The notes: a model not told the origin generated them from the sequence alone. A stretch of DNA of 64,000 nt from an uncultured delta proteobacterium (GCA_963743525.1 CAVUQH010000003.1:992001-1056000); one strand, 5' to 3'; positions 52,078-62,506 are shown, counted from the stretch's first letter. Numbers and translations: made by a program.

Positions 52078-53307
52078 ATGGAAACGACCACACAGACCAA
52101 ACGCACCTCGGAGAGCACCACGGCCGCCCGCTTCGTGGAAGCCGGCGCCGCCTTCGCCGACCTGTCCGGTCCGACGCCCCCGCGGGCGACCGGGTCGGCC
52201 GGCGCGAATTCGTATGACGTGATCGTGATCGGCGCCGGCCAGTCCGGCCTGTCGATCGGCTACCACCTCGCCCGCCAGGGCCTGCGCTTCGTCATCCTCG
52301 ACGGCAACCAGCGGGTCGGCGACGCCTGGCGCCAGCGCTGGGACTCGCTGCGCCTGTTCACGCCGGCCCGCTACGACGGCCTCGACGGCATGCCGTTTCC
52401 GGCGCCGCCGCACTCGTTCCCGACCAAGGACGAGATGGCCGACTACCTCGAGTCGTACGCCGAGCATTTCTCGCTGCCGGTCGTCACCGGCGTCCGCGTC
52501 GACCGACTGTGGCGCGACGGCGACCGCTACATCGTCAACGCCGGCGGCCGCCGGCTCGAGGCCGACCAGGTGGTCGTCGCCATGGCCCACTACCAGCGGC
52601 CAAACATCCCGCCGTTCGCCGGCGAGCTGTCGGACGACATCGTCCAGCTGCACTCCGCCGACTACCGCAGCCCGTCGCAGCTGAAGGACGGCCCGGTGCT
52701 GCTGGTCGGCGCCGGCAACTCGGCGGCCGAGCTAGCCAAGGAGCTGTCGCCCCACCACCGCGTGTGGATGTCGGGTCCGTCCACCGGCAAGCTGCCGTTC
52801 CGCATCGCCGGCTGGTTCGGCCGCACCATCGGCGTCCGCCTGGTGCTGAAAGTGCTGTTCATGCGCATCCTCAGCGTCGGCAACCCGCTGGGCCGCAAGG
52901 TGCGGCCCAAGCTCCTCGGCGCCGGCCCGCTGATCCGCGTCCTGCCCAGGGACCTCCGCCGCATGGGCGTCCAGCGCGTCGGCCGCACCACCGGCATCGA
53001 AGACGGCAAGCCGCGCCTCGACGACGGCCGCGTCCTCGACGTCGCCAACGTCATCTGGTGCTCGGGCTACCACCCGGCCTTCTCCTGGATCGACCTGCCG
53101 ATCTTCGACGACCACGGCCATCCGCGCCACCACAGCGGCATCGTCGACGAAGCCCCCGGCCTCTACTTCCTCGGCCTGCACTTCCTCCACTCGCTGTCGT
53201 CGGGAATGATCCACGGTGTCGGCCGCGACGCCCGCCGCCTGATGCCGACGATCCTCGCCCGCCGCGATGCGATCGGCGCGTCAGCGGCGGCGGAGGCGGC
53301 CGCGTAG
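52078..53307 (+). CDS. Flavin-containing monooxygenase / FAD-NAD(P)H oxidoreductase (CzcO-like)
   Basis: VIGAGQSG, WDSLRLFTP, QLHSADYRS, VGAGNSA, VIWCSGY. Confidence 0.9.
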   Translation: METTTQTKRTSESTTAARFVEAGAAFADLSGPTPPRATGSAGANSYDVIVIGAGQSGLSIGYHLARQGLRFVILDGNQRVGDAWRQRWDSLRLFTPARYDGLDGMPFPAPPHSFPTKDEMADYLESYAEHFSLPVVTGVRVDRLWRDGDRYIVNAGGRRLEADQVVVAMAHYQRPNIPPFAGELSDDIVQLHSADYRSPSQLKDGPVLLVGAGNSAAELAKELSPHHRVWMSGPSTGKLPFRIAGWFGRTIGVRLVLKVLFMRILSVGNPLGRKVRPKLLGAGPLIRVLPRDLRRMGVQRVGRTTGIEDGKPRLDDGRVLDVANVIWCSGYHPAFSWIDLPIFDDHGHPRHHSGIVDEAPGLYFLGLHFLHSLSSGMIHGVGRDARRLMPTILARRDAIGASAAAEAAA

Positions 53308-53353
53308 GGTTCCCCGCGGGCGCGGCGCGGCGCACGTGCTAGGGTCTGCGGCG

Positions 53354-55234
53354 ATGAAGACGCAGGGCTTCGCGGCGCTGGCCGCGGCGGTGGTGCTCGC
53401 GCTGGCGGGCGGGTGCAAGAGCAAGGACGGCGGCGACAAGAAGGACGAGCCGGAGAGTCAGCCGGCGGGCGGCGGGATCGGGTCGCTGGGGATGATGAGC
53501 TCGCTGCTGTCGGGCAAGCTCGACAAGCCGGGGCCGTACGACGAGCCGCAGGCGTCGCCGGGGCTCGACGAGAGCAATCCGCACCTGGCGATCGTCGAGC
53601 TGCGCCGGCCGATCGTCGAGCTGCGGTCGTACTCGCTGTTCGGCGGGTCGAACGGAGTGCCGATGCGCGAGGTGATCGACCGCCTGCGCCAGCTCGAGCG
53701 CGCCGACAACGTCAACGGCATTCTGCTCCGCTTCGGCGACATCGGCTCGCTGAGCATGGCCGCGGCCGAGGAGCTGCGCGCGGCGCTGCTGTCGCTGGGG
53801 CCCAAGCCGATCTACTGCCACACCGAGGGGGTGTCGACGCGGACCTACTACGTGATGACGGCGTGCAAGAGCATCGGGCTGGCGCCGACCGGGTTGATCG
53901 CGGTGACCGGGGTGGCGGCGATGCCGATCCACGTCAAGGGGCTGCTCGACAAGCTGGGGGTGCAGGCCGACTTCGTCCACGTCGGCGCGTACAAGGGGGC
54001 GGCCGAGCCGCTCACGCTGGATCAGCCGTCGCCGCAGATGACCGAGACCCTCGACGCCATCCTCGACCAGGAGTACGGCGCGCTGGTGCAGGGGATGGTC
54101 GAGGGGCGCAAGCTGAGCGCCGCCGACGCCCAGGCGCGCATCGACACGGCGCTGTTTCAGGACCAGGCGGCGGTCAACGCCAAGCTGGTCGACGAGGTCG
54201 CGACCTATCAGGCCTATCGCGACGAGGTGTCCAAGGGCGCGTGGATGGTCGAGTCGGCGACGCCACCGCGCCCGCGGGGCATGGACGAGCTGATGAAGCT
54301 GTTGGGACTGGCGCCTGTCAGTCGGCCCAGCGGTCCCCACGTGGCCCTGGTCTACGCCACCGGCAACGTGGTCGACGGCAAGGGCGATGGCATCCTCGGC
54401 GCCCGCGGCGAGATCGCCTCGCGCACCCTGAGCGCGGCGCTGCGCGCGCTGGCGGCGGACGACAGCGTGCGCGCCGTGGTCCTGCGCGTCGACTCCGGCG
54501 GCGGCAGCGCGCTGGCCTCCGAGCAGATCTGGCACGCCGTCGCCGACCTGAAGAAGCAGAAGCCGGTGATCGTGTCGATGGGCAATGTCGCCGCGTCGGG
54601 CGGCTACTACCTGAGCTGTGGCGCGACCAAGATCTTCGCCGAGCCGAGCACGCTGACCGGGTCGATCGGCGTCGTCGGCGGCAAGCTGGTGCTCGACGGC
54701 GCCCTGGCCAAGATCGGCGTGCGCACCTTCCCCCGCGGCCGCGGCAAGCGGGCGCTGATGATGTCGACCCTGGGCGACTGGACCGCCGACGAGCGCGCCG
54801 CGATGCTCAGCATGATGGAGCAGGTCTACGGCGTCTTCGTCGACCGGGTCGCCGCCGGCCGCGGCAAGAGCCCCGACGACGTCAAGAAGATCGCCCAGGG
54901 ACGGGTGTGGACCGGCGCCGCCGCCCTCGACAACGGCCTGGTCAACCGGCTCGGCGGTCTCGACGACGCGCTCGACGCCGCCCGCGAGCTGGGCAAGGTC
55001 AACGCCAGCGCCGAGCTCGAGGTCTACCCGCCGGCGCCGACCATCATGGACTACGTCAAACGCTACGGCGGCAACGTCACCGCGCCGTTCGGCATGGACA
55101 CCGCACTCGGCGCGCTGGAGCGCGTCGCCGGCCCCGAGCTCGCCGCCGTCGCCCGCGCCACGCTCTTGCAGGTGGCGTCGTTCGCCCAGGTGCCGGTGCA
55201 GACTGTGCTGGTTTTTCCCGTCGCTCTTCCCTGA
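53354..55234 (+). CDS. sppA: Signal peptide peptidase SppA (S49), 67K type, lipoprotein
   Basis: Lipobox LAGGC, YKGAAEP, LRVDSGGGSALAS, SMGNVAASGGYY, TGSIGV, GRVWTG. Confidence 0.93.
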   Translation: MKTQGFAALAAAVVLALAGGCKSKDGGDKKDEPESQPAGGGIGSLGMMSSLLSGKLDKPGPYDEPQASPGLDESNPHLAIVELRRPIVELRSYSLFGGSNGVPMREVIDRLRQLERADNVNGILLRFGDIGSLSMAAAEELRAALLSLGPKPIYCHTEGVSTRTYYVMTACKSIGLAPTGLIAVTGVAAMPIHVKGLLDKLGVQADFVHVGAYKGAAEPLTLDQPSPQMTETLDAILDQEYGALVQGMVEGRKLSAADAQARIDTALFQDQAAVNAKLVDEVATYQAYRDEVSKGAWMVESATPPRPRGMDELMKLLGLAPVSRPSGPHVALVYATGNVVDGKGDGILGARGEIASRTLSAALRALAADDSVRAVVLRVDSGGGSALASEQIWHAVADLKKQKPVIVSMGNVAASGGYYLSCGATKIFAEPSTLTGSIGVVGGKLVLDGALAKIGVRTFPRGRGKRALMMSTLGDWTADERAAMLSMMEQVYGVFVDRVAAGRGKSPDDVKKIAQGRVWTGAAALDNGLVNRLGGLDDALDAARELGKVNASAELEVYPPAPTIMDYVKRYGGNVTAPFGMDTALGALERVAGPELAAVARATLLQVASFAQVPVQTVLVFPVALP

Positions 55235-55368
55235 GAGAGGTAACTGTCCCGCTCTCTTGTGTCAGCGCCGGCACGACCGGGGGAGCCAAGATCGCCAGGT
55301 CGTGCCGTTGGGCAAAGACGCCATGCCGGGTACGCCGGTATAGCGATTCGCAGTGAGCTATCGATCCA

Positions 55369-56136
55369 ATGTCGAACAAACACGGCCGGACCGTTGCGGT
55401 GGCCGGGGCTGTCGTCCTGGTAATCGCCCTGGCAGGATTCGTCGTCATGTCACGCAACCACTCGAATGAGGCCCCTCCGAGCGAGGTGCCGGACGCGGCT
55501 GCCGCGCCCGGCAGTCTCATCACGATGAGGTGGACGTTGGGCGTATGGTTCGGCACCGGCGGCGTGCAGGCCAGCACGTTGACGCTGGCGCAAACAACGT
55601 CGAAGGATGTGGTCTTCAGCGTGCGCCAGACGCGGCGGACCGTGGATCAGCCGACCGATCCGGGCCACGTGGCCGCGGTCGATTTCGATCTCGGCCACGG
55701 CTTACACGTCTGTCTGCGGATCTTCGCCGTGGGTGAGATCTTCGACCAAGGGGCAATCCACGTTCGAGGCGAGCTGCAGGGAAACTGGATCGCCCCCAGG
55801 AAGAAGGGCACTGCGGAGGCGGAACGCGCCAAGCAGCCGGTCTCGTCCACGTTCGACGTGTTGACGCCGGGTGTGGGGATCGAGCTGTGGGATTCGGTCG
55901 ACATCGACGGCACGGTGGAGGTCGAGCACCCGAAAGGCTTGAAGTACGCCGATGCCAACGTCATGTATCAGGCCTATCAGCGCGTCGAGCTAATAGGCGT
56001 CGGTGACCACGTGCCCGGAGCGACGGAGCCGCTGGTCTTCGGGCCAATGCCGAAGTCGTGCGCAGAGAAGTACGGACTCGTGAGCCTCGATGGGCCCGAG
56101 GTGTTGACCGACCCCAAACCGATTGAAGGCGAGTAG
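55369..56136 (+). CDS. Hypothetical protein with N-terminal membrane anchor
   Basis: Open frame with an N-terminal TM; no recognisable family. Confidence 0.6.
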   Translation: MSNKHGRTVAVAGAVVLVIALAGFVVMSRNHSNEAPPSEVPDAAAAPGSLITMRWTLGVWFGTGGVQASTLTLAQTTSKDVVFSVRQTRRTVDQPTDPGHVAAVDFDLGHGLHVCLRIFAVGEIFDQGAIHVRGELQGNWIAPRKKGTAEAERAKQPVSSTFDVLTPGVGIELWDSVDIDGTVEVEHPKGLKYADANVMYQAYQRVELIGVGDHVPGATEPLVFGPMPKSCAEKYGLVSLDGPEVLTDPKPIEGE

Positions 56137-56138
56137 TC

Positions 56139-56435
56139 ATGTCTGATGATGAAACGTTGGTACGTTCGCGGCAGGCGCAAGACGGGAACGGCGTCGCGCC
56201 AGACGGAGTCGCCCGATTCTACGTGGACGCCGCGGAGGTACATGTCCAGCCGTTTACTGTCCAGGTGGCGCTCGGATCCACCGGCCTGAATGGCGAGGCG
56301 AATCCGAGCGTGCTGCTCATCATGAGCCCCAACTTCGCGTTTCATCTGCGCGAATGCCTCAACCAGGCGATGAGCGCCTTCACGACTCAGGCCGAGGCGG
56401 TGGGCGACGATGGCGGTGGTGGCGACGGTCAGTAG
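56139..56435 (+). CDS. Small hypothetical protein, DUF3467-like pattern
   Basis: FYVD...V..F...LG...V.LIMSP.FA..L pattern; starts 2 bp after the previous stop. Confidence 0.55.
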   Translation: MSDDETLVRSRQAQDGNGVAPDGVARFYVDAAEVHVQPFTVQVALGSTGLNGEANPSVLLIMSPNFAFHLRECLNQAMSAFTTQAEAVGDDGGGGDGQ

Positions 56436-59400
56436 CTCGGCGGCAGGCAGGCCATGCTGTCGGTGCCGTTGAGCATGGTGCAGGTGTCGCCGTCGGCGCA
56501 GTCGCTGGTGTCGGTGCAGCGGCGGCGGCAGAGGGCGTTGTCGGCGTTGCTGCCGACGCAGATGGTGGTCTGATCGCACTGCTCGGGGGCGCAGTCCTGG
56601 CCTTCGGTGGAGCCGGGGATGCAGGCGCCGGTGCCGGCGAAGTCGGCGCAGCGATCGCCGTCGGGACAGTCCGCGTCGGTGGTGCAGAACGGCTGGCAGC
56701 TGCGCGCGCCGTCGGGGTCTTCGATGCAGGCTAGGGCGCCCGGGCAGACGCCGTCGGGGCTGCAGCAGGGGTTGCCGAGCGACGGCGGGAAGGTGCCGGC
56801 GTCGCCGTCGGTCGGTCCGGCGTCGGCCCAGTCGGCGCCGGCGTCGGTCGGTCCGCCCTCGCACGTCACCATGTGGTACGGCGCGTTGTCGGCGCCGCCG
56901 TCACCGCTCGGAGTCGCAGCGTCGGCTCCGGGCGGCGTCACGTTGTTGTTGGCGTCGGGGCTGCCGCCGGTGTCGCCGGCCGGGTCGTTGCTCGAGCAGC
57001 CCAATGCGGCCCCGGCGACCAGCGCCAGAGTGGCCGCGATTGCGGCTGCGCTCGGGCGCCGGCGCCGGATCAGGCCGAAGGCGCACAGGACCAGCAGCAG
57101 GGTGCCACCAGCACCGCCGCCGCCAGAGTTGCAGCCGCCCTTGACGTCGTTGGAGTCGGAACCGGGGACGTCCGGCTCCCACGACGACTGGTCGCCGCCC
57201 ACCTGGCCGACCGCAGCCGCCAGCGGTACGCAGCCGCCGCTGAGGCAGGCCTCGTAGTTGCCGCACTGGCTGTAGTCGCCGCACGGGTCGGCGCAGCGGC
57301 CCAGCGAGCAGACACCGGTAGTGCACTCGCTGCCGCTGGCGCAGGCGACGCCGCACCAGCCGGCCACGCACGACGATCCGTCGGAGCAGTCGCTGTCCAG
57401 CTCGCAGGCGCCGGCGATCGGCAGGCAGACGCCACCGCTGCACGAGGTGCCGGGGGCGCAGGTCTCACCGGCCGCGCACGAGGTCGGCGCGATGCGGTTG
57501 CTGGTGCACAGGCCGCCGACGCAGGCGGGTCCGACGTCGTCGGTTCCGTTGGCCGGGCAGTCGGCCGCGGTGGTGCAGCCGTCGACCACGCCGCCGGGCT
57601 GGCAGACGCCGTTCTCGCAGGTGTAGCCGCCGGGGCAGTCGTAGTCGTTGGCGCACTGGGCGGGCGGGTCACCGGGGACGCAGACGCCGTTGGCGCAAAC
57701 CTCACCACCTGCGCAGTCGGTGGCGTCGGTGCAGCCGCCGGTGCTGGGCGTGCAGAAGCCGCCGTAGCAGGTGTTGACGTAGACGTCGTCGCCCGGCGGC
57801 GGGCAGTCTTGATCGACCGTGCACGGAACCGGCGGCTGGCCGGGGTGGCAGTGGCCGCTCTCGCACAGCTCGCCGCCCGGGCAGTCGTCGTTAACGCTGC
57901 AGCTGTCGGGAGGCTGGCAGAAGCCACCGGTGCACTCGTCACCGCTGGGGCAGTCGGTCGGATCGGTGCAGGCGATCGGCGGGTGTGGAGGCTCGCAGAA
58001 GCCGCCGAGGCAGACGCCGCCCGAGCACTGGCTGTCGTCGGTGCACGGCGTCTGCGGTGGCTCGCAGGTGCCGTTGTTGCAGACGTCGTCGCCGCCGCAC
58101 TGGTTGTTGTTCTTGCACGGTCCGCCCGGCGGGTTGGGATCGCAGAAGCCGCCGGTGCAGTAGTCGCCCGAGGGGCAGTCGCTGACGTCGGTGCACGGGA
58201 CCGGCGGGTGCTCCGGCTGGCAGGTGCCGGTCTCGGTCTCGCAGAACTCGCCGGGGCCGCACTCGCCGGCCGGGCCGCAGGGCGGCGGCGGCGGGGTGCA
58301 GTAGCCACCGTCGCACGTGTCGCCGCTGGGGCAGTCGCTCGCGGTGGTACACGGCGGCGGCGGCTGGACCGGCACGCAGAAGCCACCCTCGCAGCCGAAG
58401 CCACCCGGGCAGTCGGCGTCGTAGGTGCATGGGCCGCAGTCGGAGCCGGTGCACGGCGGGGTGCCGGGCTGACAGACGCCGTCCACGCAGACGTCGCCGC
58501 CCGGGCAGTCGCCGTCGTCGGTGCACGGGTTGCCCGGAGGCACGCACTGGTTGCCGAGGCAGACGTCGTCGCCCGGGCAGCTCATGTCACACGGCGGCTC
58601 CGGCGGCTGGCAGACGCCGTCCTCGCAGACGTCGCCGCCCTGGCACTGGGCGTCGGTGATGCACGGCGGGGTGCCGTCGGGGGGCACGCACGGGTCCTTG
58701 TCGCAGAACTCGGGATCGGCGCAGGTGTCGTCGCACGGCGGCACGCAGTAGCCGCCCTCGCAGGTGTCGTTGCCGTTGCAGTCTTCGTCGGTGGTGCACG
58801 GCGGGGGCGGCGGCTGGCAGACGCCGTCTTCGCAGATCTCGTCAGTCGGGCAGGACGCGTCGTCAACGCACGGGTTCTGGCACTCGCCGCCGCCGTCGCA
58901 GTAGTCGCCCGGCGGGCAATCCTGGTCGCCCTCGCACTGGTCGTGGTCAACGCGGATCGGCACGGTGGCGATACCGGTCGGATCGCCGACCTGGTAGCCG
59001 ACGAAGATCGGCCCGGGGCCGGGGTGGAACGATGCAGCGCCCTTGGCGGTGCCCGCCGCGGTGCCGGGGAACGATCCGGCGCCGGGGGCGATCGCCTGCA
59101 GGTCGGGCGGCGCCAGGCGAACGGCGAAGCGCACCTCGATGCGGGTGGCATCGGCCGGCGCGTTGAACTCGACGCTCACCGCCACGCTCGACACCTGACC
59201 GCCGAAGCGGGTCGGGCCGCTGCGCTGGTAGATGCTGGTGACGACCGGCGCGCTGTCGACCAGCGTGTCGCCGTCCCACGCGCCCAGCTCGAACGGGCTG
59301 TAGCCGTTGGCGACCAGCCAGCCGTCATCGAACGGCGACGGGATCGGCGTGACCGAGCCCTGGCCGTAGGTGCCGGTGACGGCGAAGTCGGAGATGCCGT

Positions 59401-59728
59401 TGGCGTCGTGGCGCAGGCTGTAGGTGGGGAAGATCAGCGTGGCGCCGAAACGGCCGTCACCGGTCCCGCCGGCCAGGCCGTCGGAGACGCTGAGCTTCTT
59501 GCCGTCGATGGCGGCCACGAACGGGATCCAGTCGCCCTCGGCGTAGCCGTTGATCAGACCGGAGTCGCGCAACCCGGCGGGGAAGGGCGGGCCGAGGTCG
59601 TAGCCTCGCAGTTGCGACTTCACGCCCTGACTGACCGCCGCGCGCGACGAGTTGACGTTCTCTGATTGTGTACAGGCCCCGGCGATCAGGGCGCACGTCA
59701 CCACTGCGACGACGTATGTGGACTTCAC
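56429..59728 (-). CDS. Cys-rich repeat cell-surface lipoprotein with internal MYXO-CTERM and a second lipoprotein module
   Basis: GTG 59728 gives KSTYVVAVVTCALIAGAC lipobox, then many C-x4-DC-x5-C-xxG-x-C repeats and GGC...LLLVLCAFGLIRRRR, followed by a hydrophobic stretch ending ALGC. Confidence 0.88.
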   Translation of the reverse strand: MKSTYVVAVVTCALIAGACTQSENVNSSRAAVSQGVKSQLRGYDLGPPFPAGLRDSGLINGYAEGDWIPFVAAIDGKKLSVSDGLAGGTGDGRFGATLIFPTYSLRHDANGISDFAVTGTYGQGSVTPIPSPFDDGWLVANGYSPFELGAWDGDTLVDSAPVVTSIYQRSGPTRFGGQVSSVAVSVEFNAPADATRIEVRFAVRLAPPDLQAIAPGAGSFPGTAAGTAKGAASFHPGPGPIFVGYQVGDPTGIATVPIRVDHDQCEGDQDCPPGDYCDGGGECQNPCVDDASCPTDEICEDGVCQPPPPPCTTDEDCNGNDTCEGGYCVPPCDDTCADPEFCDKDPCVPPDGTPPCITDAQCQGGDVCEDGVCQPPEPPCDMSCPGDDVCLGNQCVPPGNPCTDDGDCPGGDVCVDGVCQPGTPPCTGSDCGPCTYDADCPGGFGCEGGFCVPVQPPPPCTTASDCPSGDTCDGGYCTPPPPPCGPAGECGPGEFCETETGTCQPEHPPVPCTDVSDCPSGDYCTGGFCDPNPPGGPCKNNNQCGGDDVCNNGTCEPPQTPCTDDSQCSGGVCLGGFCEPPHPPIACTDPTDCPSGDECTGGFCQPPDSCSVNDDCPGGELCESGHCHPGQPPVPCTVDQDCPPPGDDVYVNTCYGGFCTPSTGGCTDATDCAGGEVCANGVCVPGDPPAQCANDYDCPGGYTCENGVCQPGGVVDGCTTAADCPANGTDDVGPACVGGLCTSNRIAPTSCAAGETCAPGTSCSGGVCLPIAGACELDSDCSDGSSCVAGWCGVACASGSECTTGVCSLGRCADPCGDYSQCGNYEACLSGGCVPLAAAVGQVGGDQSSWEPDVPGSDSNDVKGGCNSGGGGAGGTLLLVLCAFGLIRRRRPSAAAIAATLALVAGAALGCSSNDPAGDTGGSPDANNNVTPPGADAATPSGDGGADNAPYHMVTCEGGPTDAGADWADAGPTDGDAGTFPPSLGNPCCSPDGVCPGALACIEDPDGARSCQPFCTTDADCPDGDRCADFAGTGACIPGSTEGQDCAPEQCDQTTICVGSNADNALCRRRCTDTSDCADGDTCTMLNGTDSMACLPPSY

Positions 59729-59768
59729 GGCATCGTTCCCTTCGGCTTCCGGCGGCGTCAGGGGAATC

Positions 59769-59784
59769 AGCATTTCGTGTGCCA
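59769..59784 (-). promoter_or_regulatory. sigma54 -24/-12 promoter
   Basis: TGGCACACGAAATGCT (GG-N10-GC). It covers the track ATG at 59773, which supports the 59728 start. Confidence 0.65.
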
Positions 59785-59929
59785 GCCCACCGGGGCCAGG
59801 GTGTGCAAAAAACGAGCATTGCCGAAACGATGACCTTGGTAGTGATCGTGCAACGGCCGTACACGGGTGTGGCGATCTGCCCGAGTGCTGGAACCGACAA
59901 CACCGGGGAGCTGATCCCCAGTAGGTGGA

Positions 59930-60607
59930 TCAGCGACAGCTCTGATGCCAGGAAGGCAGCTCTTCGAGCGTGTCGAACACAGCGTCGGGCGCTGCAGCGG
60001 CCAGATCGTCGCGCGACGTCGAGCCGGTGGCGACTGCGAGCACGCGCACGCCACACGCGCGCGCTGCGTCGATGTCGCGGACTGTGTCGCCCACTACGAT
60101 GATTTCATCGCCGGGGAACGAGCGGCCAACGTGATCGGCGGCGCGCTCGATGGCCCGCGCGACCAACTCGGCGCGGTCGCCCGAGTCGCAGCCGAAGCCG
60201 CCAAAGGCGAACGACTCGTGCAGACCGATCCGCTCGAGCTTGGCCAGCGCCGCGGCGCGCACGTTGCCGGTGGCGATGCCCAGGGTCACCCGGTCGTCGC
60301 CCGCCAACCAGCGCACGCACTCGACCGCCCACGGCATGATGCGAAACCGCGGAGCATTTACCAGCTCGGCCTCGAGCATCGGCACGTAGGCGTCGAGCAG
60401 CGCGTCGACCTCACCGGCCTCGGGCCGGCGCCCGACCCGGTTGACGAAGACCTCGGTGAAGATGCCCGGGTCGGTCTTGCCCCCGGGGTCGATGCCGTCC
60501 ATGGCTCCATCCACCCCGTACCGGTCGCCAAACAGCCGATTGATCGCCCGCGTCCCCGCTCCACCGGTCAACAGCAGCGTCCCATCGATGTCGAACAAGT
60601 AGAGCAC
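59930..60607 (-). CDS. HAD-superfamily hydrolase (phosphoglycolate phosphatase-like)
   Basis: LFDIDGTL, ATGN, VVGDTVRD motifs. Confidence 0.93.
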   Translation of the reverse strand: MLYLFDIDGTLLLTGGAGTRAINRLFGDRYGVDGAMDGIDPGGKTDPGIFTEVFVNRVGRRPEAGEVDALLDAYVPMLEAELVNAPRFRIMPWAVECVRWLAGDDRVTLGIATGNVRAAALAKLERIGLHESFAFGGFGCDSGDRAELVARAIERAADHVGRSFPGDEIIVVGDTVRDIDAARACGVRVLAVATGSTSRDDLAAAAPDAVFDTLEELPSWHQSCR

Positions 60608-62506
60608 TACTCGCCCTCGCCCTCGCCCTCGCCCTCGCCCTCGCCCTCGCCCTCACCCTCGCCCTCGCCCTCGCCCTCACCCTCGCCCTCGCCCTCGCCC
60701 TCGCCCTCGCCCTCGCCCTCGCCCTCGCCCTCGGCCGCCACCTCGCTCTCACTCGCGTGCCGCGTGATCGGCCGCGTCGCCTCGTGCTCGGTCGCCGGCT
60801 CGTCGAGCCCCATCGCCTGCACCGCCATCTCCGCCGTCGACCCCACCCGCCCGCGCGTCAGCTCGGCCCGGGCCGCCAGCTCGACCATCAGCTCGAGGAT
60901 GCTCAACAGCCGGTCCACCGCCGGCGCCGCGCTCTCGCCGCGAAACGCCAGCTCGGTGATCGGAATCGGATGATCCAGCGGCGCCCCGCGCCCGGGATAG
61001 ACGCGGTACTGCAGCCCGCGCCCGGCCCAGAACGCGATCCATCCGTCGAGCAGCGCCGTCGCCCGCGCCCGCAGTCCCTCGTCGAACAGCGCCGCCGTGT
61101 GCTCGCCGGTGTCGCGCACGCGGAACCGCGAATCGAACGGCGCGTCGCCGGTCTTGATTCCGCCGCCGTCGCAGATCGGCGGCTCGTCGTGCGCGCGGAT
61201 GCCCAGCACCCGATCCGGGCGCGCGTACAGCGTCAGGTCCGGCTTGCGCCCGCTGGGCGGCTCGCGCCCGCAGGTGATGTCGATGCACAGCACGCTGTCG
61301 GCCACCCGGTCGATGCGCAAGCGCATCGCCACGTCGCGGCGAAACGCGACCACGTGGGTGCTCGACACATCTTCGTCGCCCTTGATCGTCACCGTCGACG
61401 GCCTGCATGCCGGGTCGGCCGAGCGCAGCCCGGCCATCAGCGCGGCGATGTAGCGCTGCCACACCCCGGCGCCGATCGGCGGCCCGCGGAAACCGGGGCG
61501 ACTGGCGCGCCGGCCTTCGCGCTCCTCCAGCGCCACCCGGCCGGCGGCCTGGCCGATGGTCATCACCCCGGCCAGGCTCAGCAGATACTGGAACGGCCAG
61601 GCGAACGAGTAGCCGCCGACCACGACCAGCCCCAGGCCGACGCCGATCCGCCGCCGCGCCTCGGACTCGGCCGAGATCGTCGACACCAGCGTCCAGGTGA
61701 TCGCGCCCAGCGCCAGGATGTACAGCGCGATCTGGTGCGTCGGCGCGCCCGGGCCGATGTCGACGCCGATGCCGCGCGCGGCCAGCTCCATGCCGACCTC
61801 GTAGTGCTTGCGCAGGATCACCGCGCCGACCATGCCGACGAAGGTGGCCACCGCCGCCGGCGCCAGGCGCGTGAACGAGCGAACGAACGGCCGCGGGGCA
61901 AAGCAGTAGGGCGAAGCCAGCGCCGCCAGCACCACCGCCCACTTGCCGTACTCGGCGAACTCGATCGGCAGGTCGCCCCACAGCGCCTCGCGATTGCCGA
62001 CCACGTAGACCACGAACGACGGCCAGAAGTGGAGCACCAGCGGCACCACCAGCAGCGCCACGCCGATCTTCACACCGACGTCACCGCGCGCGGTCAGCTG
62101 GTTGAACGGCGACGAAGACCAACGTCAGCGTGAAGCAGGCGTCGAAGAGGACGCTCATCAGCTCGGTCGGCGGCAACGCGATGTTGGCCACCGCCGTCAG
62201 CACCGTGCCGGCACCGGCGATCGCGACCAGGTATCCGGGAATCCCGCGCCAGCCCGGCCGCGGCCGCTCCGGTCCGCGCAGGTGACGCCAGACCATGTAG
62301 CCGACAGCGCCGACCGCCAGCGTCAACGTGAAGTACTGGAAGAACAGCCCGACACTGTCGAGCACCGTGTGCCACGTCGGCGGCGCCGCCCCACCCACCG
62401 GTCGCAGCGCCTGCACGGCGAGCCGGTTGAGGGAGAGCTCGACCACGGCTGCCAGCAGCAGCACGTGCTCCAGACCGACACCGGCCATGACTCCCCGACG
62501 ACGCAT
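60607..62506 (-). pseudogene. Multi-pass membrane protein with C-terminal soluble domain, split by one frameshift near 62104-62109
   Basis: ORFs 62081..62506 and 60607..62073 join into a continuous hydrophobic protein (...LVFVA|NQLTARGDVGVKIG...) if one base is removed. Confidence 0.7.
60610..60732 (-). repeat. Hexanucleotide microsatellite encoding an (EG)20E tail
   Basis: (ctcgcc)n with two ctcacc variants, directly before the stop. Confidence 0.97.
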
